DNA of 64,000 nucleotides from Candidatus Hydrogenedentota bacterium (GCA_026415215.1 JAOAHN010000122.1:11954-75953); one strand, 5' to 3'; positions 10,699 to 23,924 are shown, counted from the first letter of the stretch. The notes: generated by a model not told the origin, from the letters alone. Program-made: numbers and translations.

Positions 10699-10833
10699 TT
10701 AGTTGCTCTTTTCTGATAGCGCTGCAGTAAGCATTATGTACAATACAGTGAAGTATAAGGAAAAGAAGAGACTTTCCGCAGTGGAATCTGCTCGAGAAGG
10801 TGATGTAAGTGAGCGTAAGTGTTTAGATTTCAT
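10699..10833 (-). CDS. 44-aa small membrane protein, possible prepilin-like leader (not in ORF track)
   Basis: MKSKHLRSLTSPSRADSTAESLFFSLYFTVLYIMLTAALSEKSN; GAGGA SD 7 nt before the ATG; fills an otherwise empty 240-nt gap. Confidence 0.6.
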   Translation of the reverse strand: MKSKHLRSLTSPSRADSTAESLFFSLYFTVLYIMLTAALSEKSN

Positions 10834-10914
10834 AGTAGGATCCTCGTAGTTGTTAATGTTCTCTTATAAAGATTACAAGGTTATGGTTGATTAGTTACAA
10901 AATTTTGGGACTTT

Positions 10915-12279
10915 CTATGAATCTTTGAGAACATTTGAAGGGATTAGTAATGGGATACAGATTACGGAAAATATACCTACTATTCCGCCTATAAAAAATA
11001 AGATTTCTAATCCGCTCATCATTATTTTGAAACTATCGATTTGTACTGTGTAAGGTGAATGGTTTAATACATTTGCGAAATAACCCGCTGATATAGAAGA
11101 TATCCCTGCTACGAGCCCTGAAAAAGCATTATTCAGAGATAAGTAGGCAGTAGATTTCCCCTCGGGACTCTTCTGGAAGACTAAATTAGTTATACACAAA
11201 ACTATGCCCCCCACAAAGAATCCATATAGAACATTAGATATAATTGATAATGCTGTTATTAAGCTCTCGGAATTAATAGAAGGTAGAGGGATTAGACTTA
11301 GTACACTTAGAAAAAATAGAGGTGTGCATAGTGATAGTAAAGATTTAGCACCAAATGATAGAGAATATTTCTGCCATACGGGAAAAGATAATACTGTAGC
11401 CAATTGATTTATCACTGTTAAACAGATTACAAACAGAAGCGAGAAATTAGTTCTTTTCAAAAAGAAGACTGGTAGGAATGGGTTGATTAGGTTAAATATA
11501 AAGTTCCACAAAGCGATGAAAAGTAGCACTTTTATAAAAATAGTATCTTTAATGGGCTCTGAAAACAGTTTGAAGTTCCTCTTCGTAATTAAAAGTGTTT
11601 TCTGGAATGAGTTATAGGTATTTATTAGATTGAGTGCTATGGATGAACCTATACCAAAAGTTCCAGCTATTACGAATGTGTAAGAGTAAGCATGTCCTAT
11701 TATATTTGGATATTTTATCTTAATTCCCTCGAGTGCGAATCCTGCAAATAGGCTTACCACTGCACTCATAAGTGTAGATATAGTAAATCTACTAGTTATT
11801 ACATTATATAAGAGCATGGGAGAGAAAGCATCTCTAAACCAAGCACCGAAGGCACATCCACCGATGTTACCTATAAGTACGAAACCTAAGTATAGAATGA
11901 AGAAAGATTCAAATCTATAATTTTTCTGCAGGATTAAAGGTAAGAACCCAGCCAGAATTAATAGAATCCTGCTAATGGTGAGCATAATTACCGCTATATG
12001 CTTTCTATTCTCGGGATAATTTTCTACAAATATAGTGGAAGGGATTTGAATAATTACCCCAAAGCACAGAACCGCGTTTAAAACTCCTATTGCGATGTAT
12101 CCTCCACCAAGGTAGAGAGCATAAGCAGTCAAAAATGCGCCGGTGCACAAACTTGTCATGGTTTGGGCCAATCCAGCGTCTAATATGAAGAGAGTTTTGT
12201 TTTTGTTAATGAGATTATCGTGATTATTTTTTGTCTCTCTGCAGTTTTCTTTATTTATAGTGGAACTCAAAGAACTCAT
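10915..12279 (-). CDS. MFS transporter
   Basis: About 12 hydrophobic segments in 454 aa, arranged in two halves. Confidence 0.75.
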   Translation of the reverse strand: MSSLSSTINKENCRETKNNHDNLINKNKTLFILDAGLAQTMTSLCTGAFLTAYALYLGGGYIAIGVLNAVLCFGVIIQIPSTIFVENYPENRKHIAVIMLTISRILLILAGFLPLILQKNYRFESFFILYLGFVLIGNIGGCAFGAWFRDAFSPMLLYNVITSRFTISTLMSAVVSLFAGFALEGIKIKYPNIIGHAYSYTFVIAGTFGIGSSIALNLINTYNSFQKTLLITKRNFKLFSEPIKDTIFIKVLLFIALWNFIFNLINPFLPVFFLKRTNFSLLFVICLTVINQLATVLSFPVWQKYSLSFGAKSLLSLCTPLFFLSVLSLIPLPSINSESLITALSIISNVLYGFFVGGIVLCITNLVFQKSPEGKSTAYLSLNNAFSGLVAGISSISAGYFANVLNHSPYTVQIDSFKIMMSGLEILFFIGGIVGIFSVICIPLLIPSNVLKDS

Positions 12280-12422
12280 AAATTTTGGTATAGTTCAGAA
12301 AAACTTTACATTTTTTATAAAACATCCCCCTCTTTTACGAGAGTTTTAGAAGGGTTCTTACAAGACATTGAATAGAATTGATAAAATTATACCATTATCA
12401 ATATAAAAAGTTTCATCAATCT

Positions 12423-13511
12423 ATGTATCTTAAAAATTTGTTCATGAAATTTTTTAGGTGTTTCTCCGAATTAAATATGGAGTTTTCTTCGGGGACGAAC
12501 CTCATATTGGGAAGTAATGCACAAGGAAAGACATCTCTTTTAGAGGCGATATACTTTTTAGCCTTGGCAAGGAGTCCAAGAACTAATGTCGAAAAAGAAA
12601 TGGTTCAGTATGGGTGTGGGGGATTTCTACTAAAGGGTTGGGTTGAATATAGTAGATCAGATAGCTTCCCGACAAGGACGAAAACAATTGAGATAAGATG
12701 GGGGAAAGGTAAGAAAAAGATAATTATAGATGGAATAGAAGCAGAAAGAGTTAGTGAGTTGTTGGGAAATCTGCGAGTTGTGTTTTTGTCAAATGACCAT
12801 TTTAACTTAGTGACTGGAGGAGGTAGTGTAAAAAGGAGATTCTTGGATATACAGATTTCTCAGTGGGATAGGGAATATCTTCATGCACTGCAAGAGTATA
12901 ATGTAGCATTGCGTCAGAGAAACGAATTATTGAGAAGAAGCTATGTGACCGATGAGGAGTTGTATCCTTGGGAGGTGGCTATGGATAAGTTTTCAAAGAT
13001 TATTGTGGAAGCAAGAAGGAAATTCCTCTCAAAGATAGCTCCATTTGCAGTTATGTTACATAATGCAATAACCAGAGATGAAAATTTAGAAATTAGATAT
13101 GTGCCGAGTATAGAAGGTGATAGTTTATTGAAAGTTTTACAGGTGAATAGAAAGTCTGACGCGGAGTATGGTGCTACGCAAAGAGGACCCCACAGGGATG
13201 ACATAGAAATTAAGATTAATAGGTATCCAGTGAGGCAGTACGCTTCGAGAGGACAAATAAGAACATGCTCCTTTGCGTTAATAATTGCTCAGGTTTATGC
13301 TATGTTGGAAGAACATAATGAACCACCTGTTCTACTCGCAGATGAATTGTTATCTGAGTTGGACTCCGAACGGAGCAAAAAAATGGTTGAAAGCATTCCA
13401 AAAGGTATTCAGAGTTTTATAACCTCTGCTGATACATCATTGAATGAGACTTTGGGTTTAAATGCAAGTTTATATTTTATAAGGAAAGGTAAAATTGAAA
13501 AAGCAGGATAG
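12423..13511 (+). CDS. recF: DNA replication/repair protein RecF
   Basis: MYLKNL start, GSNAQGKTSLLEAI, GPHRDD, ASRGQ and LLADELLSELD. Confidence 0.95.
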   Translation: MYLKNLFMKFFRCFSELNMEFSSGTNLILGSNAQGKTSLLEAIYFLALARSPRTNVEKEMVQYGCGGFLLKGWVEYSRSDSFPTRTKTIEIRWGKGKKKIIIDGIEAERVSELLGNLRVVFLSNDHFNLVTGGGSVKRRFLDIQISQWDREYLHALQEYNVALRQRNELLRRSYVTDEELYPWEVAMDKFSKIIVEARRKFLSKIAPFAVMLHNAITRDENLEIRYVPSIEGDSLLKVLQVNRKSDAEYGATQRGPHRDDIEIKINRYPVRQYASRGQIRTCSFALIIAQVYAMLEEHNEPPVLLADELLSELDSERSKKMVESIPKGIQSFITSADTSLNETLGLNASLYFIRKGKIEKAG

Positions 13512-13812
13512 AAGGAAAAAACAAATTGAAAATATTTCTGAAATTATGGAAGATCTCCCAAAATCTGATGTTTTAAAGGTAGGATTTGAACTTCTACCAA
13601 TACTTGAGCACTGGAAAGAAATAATGGGTGAAGAGTATTATTTGGACACTTCGTTCTCGGGATATAGGAAAGGAATTTTGTATGTAAAAGTTCATAATAA
13701 CACAACTCTTGATAGATTAATATATGAGAAAGATAGGATAATGAATAAGATAAGAGAAGTAATAAAGACAGAGCTGATTAAAGATGTATTCTTTGAGTTA
13801 GGAGATGAATAA
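13495..13812 (+). CDS. DUF721/DciA-family protein
   Basis: Overlaps the recF stop; WKEIMGE and GILYVKV pattern; typical recF-adjacent position. Confidence 0.7.
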   Translation: MKKQDRRKKQIENISEIMEDLPKSDVLKVGFELLPILEHWKEIMGEEYYLDTSFSGYRKGILYVKVHNNTTLDRLIYEKDRIMNKIREVIKTELIKDVFFELGDE

Positions 13813-13931
13813 AGTTAGATGGGTATACATACAAGATTATGGGAGGATAGAAATTTTGATTAAAAGTGAAGGGTTTTACACTTTAACGGATTAATTTTAG
13901 TGACAAAATTATAACTTCTAAAAAGGGTTTA

Positions 13932-16439
13932 TTAATCATTTGACTCTATGTCTTCAGAAAGATCGATTAATTCTGAATCCTTCTCACTTTCTATGCTCTC
14001 TGTCTCTGCTTCTTCTTTCTTAATTGCTTTATCGGCAGATGCAACCTTCGCTCCTTCTCTTAATTGCATAAGTAAGACCCCTTTTGTATTTCTGCCCACA
14101 GTTCGTATTGATTTAACAGGTACTCTTATCATCTTCCCATCTGTAGCAACGAGGACTATATCCTCATCATCACTCACGGTGAGCATAGCAACTACATTAC
14201 CGTTTCTTTCCGCAGTTTGGATATTAATAATACCCTTACCCCCTCTATGTTGTATCCTGTATTCTTTTACTTCAGTTCTTTTACCGTAGCCATTTTCAGT
14301 GACAGTAAGAACGGTTAGATTGTCCTTTGCAATTGAAACTCCTACCACATAGTCATCTGAATCTAATCTAATTCCAACTACTCCCTGGGCGGTTCTTCCC
14401 ATAGGTCTAACATCTTTTTCAGGGAATCTTATAGCAAGTCCTTTGTAAGTAGCTAACAGAACATTATCATTTCCAGAAGTTACGAGGACATCCATTAACT
14501 CGTCCCCCTCTTCTAATGATATGGCTAAAATTCCAGTTGAGCGTGGTCTACTGAATGCACTCAAGGGGGTCTTTTTTACATAACCCTTTTTAGTGACCAT
14601 AAAGAGGTATTTATTAGGATCGTTCAAGTTCTTTATTGATAAGAAAGCGGTAACTTTTTCTGAATCCTCTAACTCTAATAGATTTTTAATATTTCTACCT
14701 CTTGCCATTCTTCCTGCTTCCGGTATTGCGTGGACTTTTCGCCAGTAGACTCTACCTTTATTTGTGAAAAATAGTAAGTATTCGTGAGCGGTAGCTGTGA
14801 ATACATGTTTAACGAAATCATCCTCAGTGGTATCCATTCCTATTACACCTTGTCCTCGTCTTCTTTGCTTGCGAGAAGAAGACTGGGGCATTCTTTTAAT
14901 ATATCCTTGATTAGACACAGTAATAATTACTGCTTCATCGGCGATGAGATCTTCAATATCAAAATCTTCTATAGTATCAAGGATTTCAGTTCTTCTTTCG
15001 TCACCGTATTTTTCTTTTATGCTCACTATCTCTTTTCTTACTTCTGCAAGAATAGTTTCTTTGCTCGATAATATATGCTTAAGTCTCTTTATTTCCTCAA
15101 GGAGTTTGTTATATTCTTCCAAAAGTTCCTTCCGCTCTAATCCGGTAAGTCTCCTTAATGGCATTGCAAGTATGGCTTTTGCCTGTTCATCTGTAATTTT
15201 TAACTTTTTACAAAGTTTTTGTTGAGCTTCTTCTGCATTTGTTGACTTGCGAATAAGGTCTATTACCTCATCAATTTGGTCTATGGCCTTTAGTAGTCCC
15301 TCAAGTATATGTGCTCTATGTTCTGCTTGTCTAAGGTCATAGCGTGTTCTCTTTTCTACTACTTCAGCTCGGTATTGAACATAGTGTTGGATCATATCCT
15401 TGAGGTTAAGGACGCGGGGAATGTTATTCACGAGAGCGAGAAAGTGGATTCTTGAAGTAGTCTGAAGTTGAGTATGTTGGTATAGTTGGTTTAATACTAT
15501 TTGAGGATTTGCGTCATTTCTTAGTTCAATGATTAATCGCATTCCTTCTTTGTCAGATTCATCTCTCAGATCTGTGATACCTTGTACTTTTCCATGCTCA
15601 ACTGCTTTTGCTATTGATTCAATTACACTTTGCTTTGTTATTTGATAAGGAATTTCTTGTACTACAAGACTTTTCTTTCTTCCTTTTTCTTGAGATATTA
15701 TCTTTACTTTGGCTCTTAACTTTATTTGTCCTGTCCCTGTGAGATAAGCCTTTCTAATACCTTCTTTCCCGCAAATAATCGCACCTGTTGGAAAGTCTGG
15801 TCCGGGAACAATGTTAAGATAGTCTTCTACTGGAGCATTAGGGTTATCAATGTAATACACGATTGCATCACATATTTCTGTGAGATTGTGAGGGGGGCAG
15901 TCTGTTGCCATTCCCACTGCGATGCCGTAAGAACCATTTACAAGTAAGTTCGGAAAACCTGATGGAAGAACTACAGGTTCCTCAAGCCGAGCGTCAAAGT
16001 TAGGACGCATCTCTACGGTTTCTTTTTCTATGTCCGCAAGCATCTCAAGAGCGATTGGTGTAAGTTTCGCTTCGGTATATCTGTATGCTGCGGGACTGTC
16101 GCCATCAATTGAACCAAAGTTACCTTGTCCCTCTACCAATGGATATCTCATGTTCCAGTCTTGGGCGAGACGGACAAGCGCATCGTATACTGCTTGGTCA
16201 CCATGAGGGTGATACTTACCTAAGCACTCCCCGACAATAGTGGCACATTTCCTGAAAGGTTTATTAGGAGTAAGTCCTAACTGTTGCATCACATATAATA
16301 TTCTTCTCTGGACAGGTTTAAGTCCATCTCGGATATCTGGTAAGGCTCTACTAACTATTACGCTCATAGAGTAGTCAAGAAATGCAGATTGCATTTCTTG
16401 TTCGATGGGAATTGGCTTAAGATTTCCATTTACTGACAT
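13932..16439 (-). CDS. gyrA: DNA gyrase subunit A
   Basis: YHPHGD, active-site AAYRYTE, GyrA-box-like QRRRGQG and an acidic tail. Confidence 0.97.
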   Translation of the reverse strand: MSVNGNLKPIPIEQEMQSAFLDYSMSVIVSRALPDIRDGLKPVQRRILYVMQQLGLTPNKPFRKCATIVGECLGKYHPHGDQAVYDALVRLAQDWNMRYPLVEGQGNFGSIDGDSPAAYRYTEAKLTPIALEMLADIEKETVEMRPNFDARLEEPVVLPSGFPNLLVNGSYGIAVGMATDCPPHNLTEICDAIVYYIDNPNAPVEDYLNIVPGPDFPTGAIICGKEGIRKAYLTGTGQIKLRAKVKIISQEKGRKKSLVVQEIPYQITKQSVIESIAKAVEHGKVQGITDLRDESDKEGMRLIIELRNDANPQIVLNQLYQHTQLQTTSRIHFLALVNNIPRVLNLKDMIQHYVQYRAEVVEKRTRYDLRQAEHRAHILEGLLKAIDQIDEVIDLIRKSTNAEEAQQKLCKKLKITDEQAKAILAMPLRRLTGLERKELLEEYNKLLEEIKRLKHILSSKETILAEVRKEIVSIKEKYGDERRTEILDTIEDFDIEDLIADEAVIITVSNQGYIKRMPQSSSRKQRRRGQGVIGMDTTEDDFVKHVFTATAHEYLLFFTNKGRVYWRKVHAIPEAGRMARGRNIKNLLELEDSEKVTAFLSIKNLNDPNKYLFMVTKKGYVKKTPLSAFSRPRSTGILAISLEEGDELMDVLVTSGNDNVLLATYKGLAIRFPEKDVRPMGRTAQGVVGIRLDSDDYVVGVSIAKDNLTVLTVTENGYGKRTEVKEYRIQHRGGKGIINIQTAERNGNVVAMLTVSDDEDIVLVATDGKMIRVPVKSIRTVGRNTKGVLLMQLREGAKVASADKAIKKEEAETESIESEKDSELIDLSEDIESND

Positions 16440-16470
16440 TAATTTTCTCCTGGCGTTTTAGGAAAGTTGT

Positions 16471-18909
<2,439 letters not shown>

Positions 18910-18963
18910 TTACTTATCCTTCTATACTTGTGAAGTTTATTTCGGCAGGAGCAGATTAGTAAT

Positions 18964-18993
18964 ATTATATCAAAAAACTATCAATTTACACAA
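18964..18993 (-). promoter_or_regulatory. Putative sigma70 promoter of gyrBA
   Basis: Minus strand TTGTGT-N18-TATAAT with an extended TG. Confidence 0.55.
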
Positions 18994-19039
18994 TAGTGAG
19001 GAAGGTTAAAAAATAAATTTGAAGCAAGAGAAAATACTA

Positions 19040-19070
19040 TAAGTCACTTGCTTATAGCAAGTTAGGCTTA
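19040..19070 (-). terminator. Possible terminator hairpin after tRNA-Val
   Basis: ACTTGCT/AGCAAGT stem (19046-19062) with an imperfect outer extension and a weak U-rich tail. Confidence 0.4.
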
Positions 19071-19094
19071 AACTTATATTAAAAGAATTAAAAA

Positions 19095-19171
19095 TGGTGG
19101 GCGATACAGGACTCGAACCTGTGACCCCTTGCATGTCAAGCAAGTACTCTAACCACCTGAGCTAATCGCCC
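19095..19171 (-). tRNA. tRNA-Val(GAC), CCA encoded
   Basis: GGGCGAT acceptor stem, anticodon arm CTTGC-TTGACAT-GCAAG, T loop GTTCGAGTC and 3' ACCA. Confidence 0.97.
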
Positions 19172-19183
19172 ACCTTCAAATTA

Positions 19184-19212
19184 ATTATAGCAGTTATTTT
19201 TTATAATGTCAA
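19184..19212 (-). promoter_or_regulatory. sigma70 promoter of tRNA-Val
   Basis: Perfect TTGACA-N17-TATAAT with an extended TG, ending 12 nt before the tRNA. Confidence 0.8.
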
Positions 19213-20600
19213 TTAGAAGCGGCTTTACTTTGTGCTACTGGGATAGCCTTTACATTTTCGAGGTCAACATCAAAAGGAAATTTGTTGGCGGGAAGAACTT
19301 TCATCTCTGTGCAGAGGCTAAATGGATTCCCAAAAGAACCTGGAAATCTAACTTCTACAAAATATGCAGACCAACCGTCCTTGGGGGTTTTCAATTTGGC
19401 TTTTGCTTTGTTTTTGCCTTTAAGTTGGGTGCTTTCCCATTTAGAGTTTCTAAAATCTCTATTGGTCGAGTCTGCTCTCCATAAATATGCAACTCCTGAT
19501 GGATTATCCCACTTTACTGTGATCGTATTATTTTTTGAGAGTTGCCAAGTTATCTTAGGTAAAGATTTATTTTCTTTGATTGAAAAGAAAAATTCCGCAA
19601 GAGTGGCTATGCCTATAGGAGTAATATCGTGCCCTGTATTGGGTTGGTAGCACAAGTATTTGTCTCCCTGGAAGTCTTTAAAATAGAAATTGGAAGCATC
19701 TACTGTCCAATAAGGGTCATTTGTGCCAAGAATCACTAACTTAGGCAGAGTTAGAGTTTCTTTGTAACTGAATGGGTCTACAATACTGAGTAATTGAGAA
19801 CCCTTAGGGGTGTTCATCCTCTTCTGTATTCCAAGTCTTGTATAGTCTTCTATTTCACTACTAAAAGTGCCATAACACCGTAGTTGATGTATCATTTGTT
19901 GTTTCATATTAAGCACATCAATAACTACAGGTGCAATTGCTACAACTCTGGGATCTCTTGTAGCAGCAGTGAGCCATGTGGTCCAGCCTCTCTTGGAACC
20001 GCCAGTTAGTAAGAATCTTTTTATTTCCTGATTTTCTGTTTCTTTTTGTACTTTTTGTATAGTGTCCATTGCACGAACTGCACTCTTCACCATAGGTAAA
20101 AGTAAGGGCCATTCTTCACCCTCTCCATTTAAGTACTTGTCATAAGTGTAAGCAATTATTTGGTCCTCATTTTTGCCATTGAATAATGGTTGGTTAGGGA
20201 CCTGGAACAAAACTGCTATTACAGACTTTGTCCTTTTCCCAACAATTGAGGCTACTTTAACTTCAACAGAATTTAAATTGGGTTCCTTTTGATTATTAGA
20301 ACCTCCATTGATGACCAGAAGCGCTATATCTGAATTTGTAGCCCCTTCGGGACTTAGTATTACTAACCAGTGTCTCCATGTGATATCTTGCCAAGTTTGA
20401 GATGTCATATTAATTATTTTTGCTTTACAGCCCTCGATATCAACTTCTTTGTAGAGTTCGTATGAGTATGAAGGATCGAACTTTTGCACATAAGAAGCTA
20501 AGTCTGCATGGGCTGTGCAAAATATGATAAATATGGCTGGTAGAGATAAAAGAATGGTGCCAGAGGTTATTTTTTTATACTTCATCCTAATCTTGCTCAT
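19209..20600 (-). CDS. PqaA-type (PhoPQ-activated pathogenicity-related family) exported alpha/beta hydrolase-like protein
   Basis: Signal peptide; SQTW, VPNQPL, PMVKSAVRAMD and GGSKRGWTTW. Confidence 0.82.
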   Translation of the reverse strand: MSKIRMKYKKITSGTILLSLPAIFIIFCTAHADLASYVQKFDPSYSYELYKEVDIEGCKAKIINMTSQTWQDITWRHWLVILSPEGATNSDIALLVINGGSNNQKEPNLNSVEVKVASIVGKRTKSVIAVLFQVPNQPLFNGKNEDQIIAYTYDKYLNGEGEEWPLLLPMVKSAVRAMDTIQKVQKETENQEIKRFLLTGGSKRGWTTWLTAATRDPRVVAIAPVVIDVLNMKQQMIHQLRCYGTFSSEIEDYTRLGIQKRMNTPKGSQLLSIVDPFSYKETLTLPKLVILGTNDPYWTVDASNFYFKDFQGDKYLCYQPNTGHDITPIGIATLAEFFFSIKENKSLPKITWQLSKNNTITVKWDNPSGVAYLWRADSTNRDFRNSKWESTQLKGKNKAKAKLKTPKDGWSAYFVEVRFPGSFGNPFSLCTEMKVLPANKFPFDVDLENVKAIPVAQSKAASN

Positions 20601-20680
20601 ATAAAATTCCTCCTATGTTAACTTAGACTCTCTCGCTTTGTTTATATTGAGACTTGAGTTGAAATATGAAGGTTTCTCTT

Positions 20681-21811
20681 CTAACCTAAATCTTGTGCTG
20701 TATTTAGGGGAATGTTTTCTACTTGGAATCTTCCTGGAGTGATTCCACATTGCTCTAAACTTTTTCTGATTCTTAAGTAAGATTCATATCTTGAACATGA
20801 AATCTTTCCTTCCTTCACCGCATTACGCACAGCACACTCTGGTTCGTGAGTATGAGAACAATCATTGAACTTACACATAGTAGAAAATTCTCGGAACTCG
20901 GAAAAGTAAAAATCAAGTTCCTCAGGATCAATTTTCCATAAGCCAAGTGCCCTAATTCCAGGAGTATCTATGATTTTCCCTCCATTTGGGAGGAAGTATA
21001 GTTTTGAAATATTAGTAGCGTGTCTGCCTTTTTCGGTTTTTTTACTAATCTCCTTAGTAACAGCATCTATATCTGGTAGAATACATTTAATTAGTGAGGT
21101 TTTACCTACTCCACTGTGTCCTGCAAGAACACCTGTTTTTCCCCGTAAGGTCTCTACTACTTCATCAATACCCGCTTTAGTTACGCAACTCGTGAAAATT
21201 AATTTAATGCCCAACTCTCTATATACATTTATCTCTTGGGGAATCTCATCTGCAAGGTCAATCTTGTTAAGAACTATCACGGGTTCTACATTCCCATTTT
21301 GGGCTACTATCAAAAATCTATCGATGAGCCTATGTCGGAAAGGTGGCTGTTTTACAGAGGCAACTATAAATAAAATGTCTACATTAGCTGCAATTACTTG
21401 TTCGGGAGGTCCATCTTTGTCAACACTTAATCTACTAAGTTTAGACTTTCTTGGAAATATCCATCTTATGATAGGTTCTTTTTGATTGATATAATCTACA
21501 TATACTCTATCTCCAGGGGCTATTAGGGATTCATCTTTTTCTCTTAGTTTTTCAGAAATCCCGCAAAGAATCTCTTCCTTTGTTTCACTATTGTCTATCC
21601 ATACAAATGCCCATTTTTTAGAGTGTGACACTACCGTTGCGTTAGGTTGGATATCTTGAGGGATTTGTGCATCTATATCTTCATCTGGTAATGTTACCAT
21701 TGCTTTGGTATGACGAGTAGAATCTTTAGAAAAATAGTCCTCATCCTCTCCCGACCAGTCTTTCTTCCTTACTTCGAGTCGCTTTTTTTTATCGAGTTTT
21801 TTCTTTTTCAT
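20681..21811 (-). CDS. rsgA: Ribosome small subunit-dependent GTPase A
   Basis: Circularly permuted G motifs NKID, GHSGVGKT and DTPG; Zn site CKFNDCSHTHEPEC. Confidence 0.95.
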   Translation of the reverse strand: MKKKKLDKKKRLEVRKKDWSGEDEDYFSKDSTRHTKAMVTLPDEDIDAQIPQDIQPNATVVSHSKKWAFVWIDNSETKEEILCGISEKLREKDESLIAPGDRVYVDYINQKEPIIRWIFPRKSKLSRLSVDKDGPPEQVIAANVDILFIVASVKQPPFRHRLIDRFLIVAQNGNVEPVIVLNKIDLADEIPQEINVYRELGIKLIFTSCVTKAGIDEVVETLRGKTGVLAGHSGVGKTSLIKCILPDIDAVTKEISKKTEKGRHATNISKLYFLPNGGKIIDTPGIRALGLWKIDPEELDFYFSEFREFSTMCKFNDCSHTHEPECAVRNAVKEGKISCSRYESYLRIRKSLEQCGITPGRFQVENIPLNTAQDLG

Positions 21812-22020
21812 AATATTACTTTTTTTATTTTTCTACAAGTTTATCAGATTCTATATATAATGAGGCAATAAGAAAATGGTTACTCAAGAGACCGATGGGG
21901 TTAAAAGATATTTTAGTTTTGGTTAGGTAATTATGGGAATATAGTTAGTTGTTTTGTGTAAGTGTCTTTGTCTGTTAATGGAGAAGAAGTTCTAATTTCA
22001 AAAAATACAGCGATTTGCAG

Positions 22021-22479
22021 TTATTTGAGACTCTTCCTAAGACATTTCATTTTGCAGTTTACCCTATCATAAATACTTTTATCTGGAATAGGTTTTTCTA
22101 AAATTTTTGCTATACTCCATTCTTTCAACTTCTTTATTAATGATGTTCTGATATCAAGCATAGCTTTGTGATAATTACATACCTTGTCTATGTCTAAAGT
22201 TTCTGTGCAGTAATCACCTAAGATTTTACCTTCGCACGCTTCCACTATATCAAGTAGTGTTATGAATTCTGGTGGAGAAGCAAGGATAAATCCTCCTGAA
22301 GGGCCTCGGTGAGCTAATAATATGCCAGATTTGACTAAGGTAGTAAGTATCTTTGATAAGTAAGAAGTAGATATATTTATGTTCTGTGATATTTCCTCGT
22401 GAGTAATAGGTTTTCCTTTTTGATTCTTGGCTATTAGGGCTACGCATTGTATAGCAACAATGGTAGTATTACTGAACAT
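22021..22479 (-). CDS. Rrf2-family transcriptional regulator
   Basis: YLSKILTTLVKSG...RGPSGGF...ITLLDIVEA with C-terminal Cys residues. ATG 22479 follows an AGGAG SD. Confidence 0.9.
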   Translation of the reverse strand: MFSNTTIVAIQCVALIAKNQKGKPITHEEISQNINISTSYLSKILTTLVKSGILLAHRGPSGGFILASPPEFITLLDIVEACEGKILGDYCTETLDIDKVCNYHKAMLDIRTSLIKKLKEWSIAKILEKPIPDKSIYDRVNCKMKCLRKSLK

Positions 22480-22589
22480 TAAACACTCCTTTGGTTGGTT
22501 GTTTGGGAGCTGGCTCATTCATTAGAGTCAGCTCCCTCTTGCTATAAATAAAATAATAGACTTTCTTATTCTTGTAATGCTACTCTGGT

Positions 22590-23873
22590 CTAATGTTGCT
22601 GACTTGTTCCGATAGGTTTTAGATTAAACTTTTCCTGCAAAATTTTCATTACATTAGGAGAAATGAATGCTGGAAGTGCAGGACCTAATCTTATGCCTTT
22701 TATGTTTAAGGAAAGTAGTGTTAGTAGCACAGCAACCGCTTTTTGCTCGAACCAGCTTATCACCAGGGAAAGAGGTAGATCGTTTACTCCACATGAAAAT
22801 ACTTTTGACAGAGTTAAAGCAACTTGAATTGCACCATAAGAATCGTTGCATTGTCCCATATCGATTAATCGAGGGATTCCCTCAATCTCTCCATAATTGT
22901 GGTTCCTTATTCTATATTTTCCACAGCCAAGTGTGAGAATAATGGCATCTTCTGGTATATTCTTAGCAAACTCAGAGAAGAAGTTCCTTCCAGGTTCCGC
23001 ACCATCACACCCACCTATTACAAATATGTGTCTTATTTTCCCAGATTTAATAAGTTCTACTAACTTGTCCGCTATTGATAGTAGGTAAGTCCAGTGGAAT
23101 CCTATTAAGCTTTCTTTGATTTCTGTAGGTTTTAAGCTCCCTATTTCAAGAGCCTTCTTAATTACTGGGGTATAGTTACTATCCTTGATTCGTGGTGCTC
23201 CAGGAACACCTGTGGCATTTAAGGTAAAAAGTCTATTAAGATATGTATTGTGGGAGGCAGGAATTAAAACACAATTGGTTGTAACTACTATAGGTCCTCC
23301 AAATACTTCAAATTCTTTTCTTTGTAGTTGCCAAGCACCTCCATAATGACCTGCAAGATTTGGATATTCTTTCAGCTTCGGATACATGTGAGCGGGTAAC
23401 ATCTCACCATGAGTATAAACCTTTATTTCTGTGCCCTTTACTTGTTCGAGTAATACCTTGAGGTCAAATAGGTCATGACCTGTTATAAGTATTCCAGGAC
23501 CTTCTTGGATGCCTTCCTTTACTTTTGTCGGTGTAGGGTTACCAAATGCTTCTACATGTGCATCGTTCAAAAGTTGCATAGTCTTCAGATTCATTCGCCC
23601 ACATTCAAGCACTAATTCGAATAAGTGTTCCATATCAAAATTTACATTTGTGAGAGTTGCGAACATGGCTCTTTCTATAAACTCTTCGACTTCTGAATCT
23701 GTTTTTCCAAGTTTTCGAGCATGATGTTTATAGGCGCAAAGGCCTTTTAAGCCATACAATAAAATTTTTTGTAACGATTCCATATCAGCATCTTTGCCAC
23801 ATACTCCTTTTGTAGTGCAAGCTATCCCGTTAAAGGTTTGTTCGCATTGATCACAATACATTAACTGGGTCAT
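22590..23873 (-). CDS. hcp: Hybrid cluster protein (hydroxylamine reductase), short class III-like form
   Basis: CDQCEQ-x6-C-x5-C; hybrid-cluster motifs THGEM, TTNC, GGCDG, GCGK, GQCND and WFEQK; 427 aa. Confidence 0.95.
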   Translation of the reverse strand: MTQLMYCDQCEQTFNGIACTTKGVCGKDADMESLQKILLYGLKGLCAYKHHARKLGKTDSEVEEFIERAMFATLTNVNFDMEHLFELVLECGRMNLKTMQLLNDAHVEAFGNPTPTKVKEGIQEGPGILITGHDLFDLKVLLEQVKGTEIKVYTHGEMLPAHMYPKLKEYPNLAGHYGGAWQLQRKEFEVFGGPIVVTTNCVLIPASHNTYLNRLFTLNATGVPGAPRIKDSNYTPVIKKALEIGSLKPTEIKESLIGFHWTYLLSIADKLVELIKSGKIRHIFVIGGCDGAEPGRNFFSEFAKNIPEDAIILTLGCGKYRIRNHNYGEIEGIPRLIDMGQCNDSYGAIQVALTLSKVFSCGVNDLPLSLVISWFEQKAVAVLLTLLSLNIKGIRLGPALPAFISPNVMKILQEKFNLKPIGTSQQH

Positions 23874-23901
23874 ATCTTTTCTCCTTCTAATATATTTTTT
23901 A

Positions 23902-23924
23902 GATATTATATGTATATTATATCA
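23902..23924 (-). promoter_or_regulatory. hcp extended -10 promoter overlapped by an imperfect palindrome
   Basis: Minus strand TGATATAAT at 23916-23924; GATATTATATGTATATTATATC is 18/22 self-complementary. Confidence 0.45.

Noticed and set aside
20970..21485. Long antisense ORFs (this one and others such as 19282-19650, 35667-36140 and 39706-40161)
   Set aside because: They lie opposite well-supported genes and have no recognisable motifs, so they are treated as shadow ORFs.
21812..22020. ncRNA or small ORF in the rsgA-rrf2 gap
   Set aside because: Only a 16-codon ORF without an SD and no stable structure were seen.
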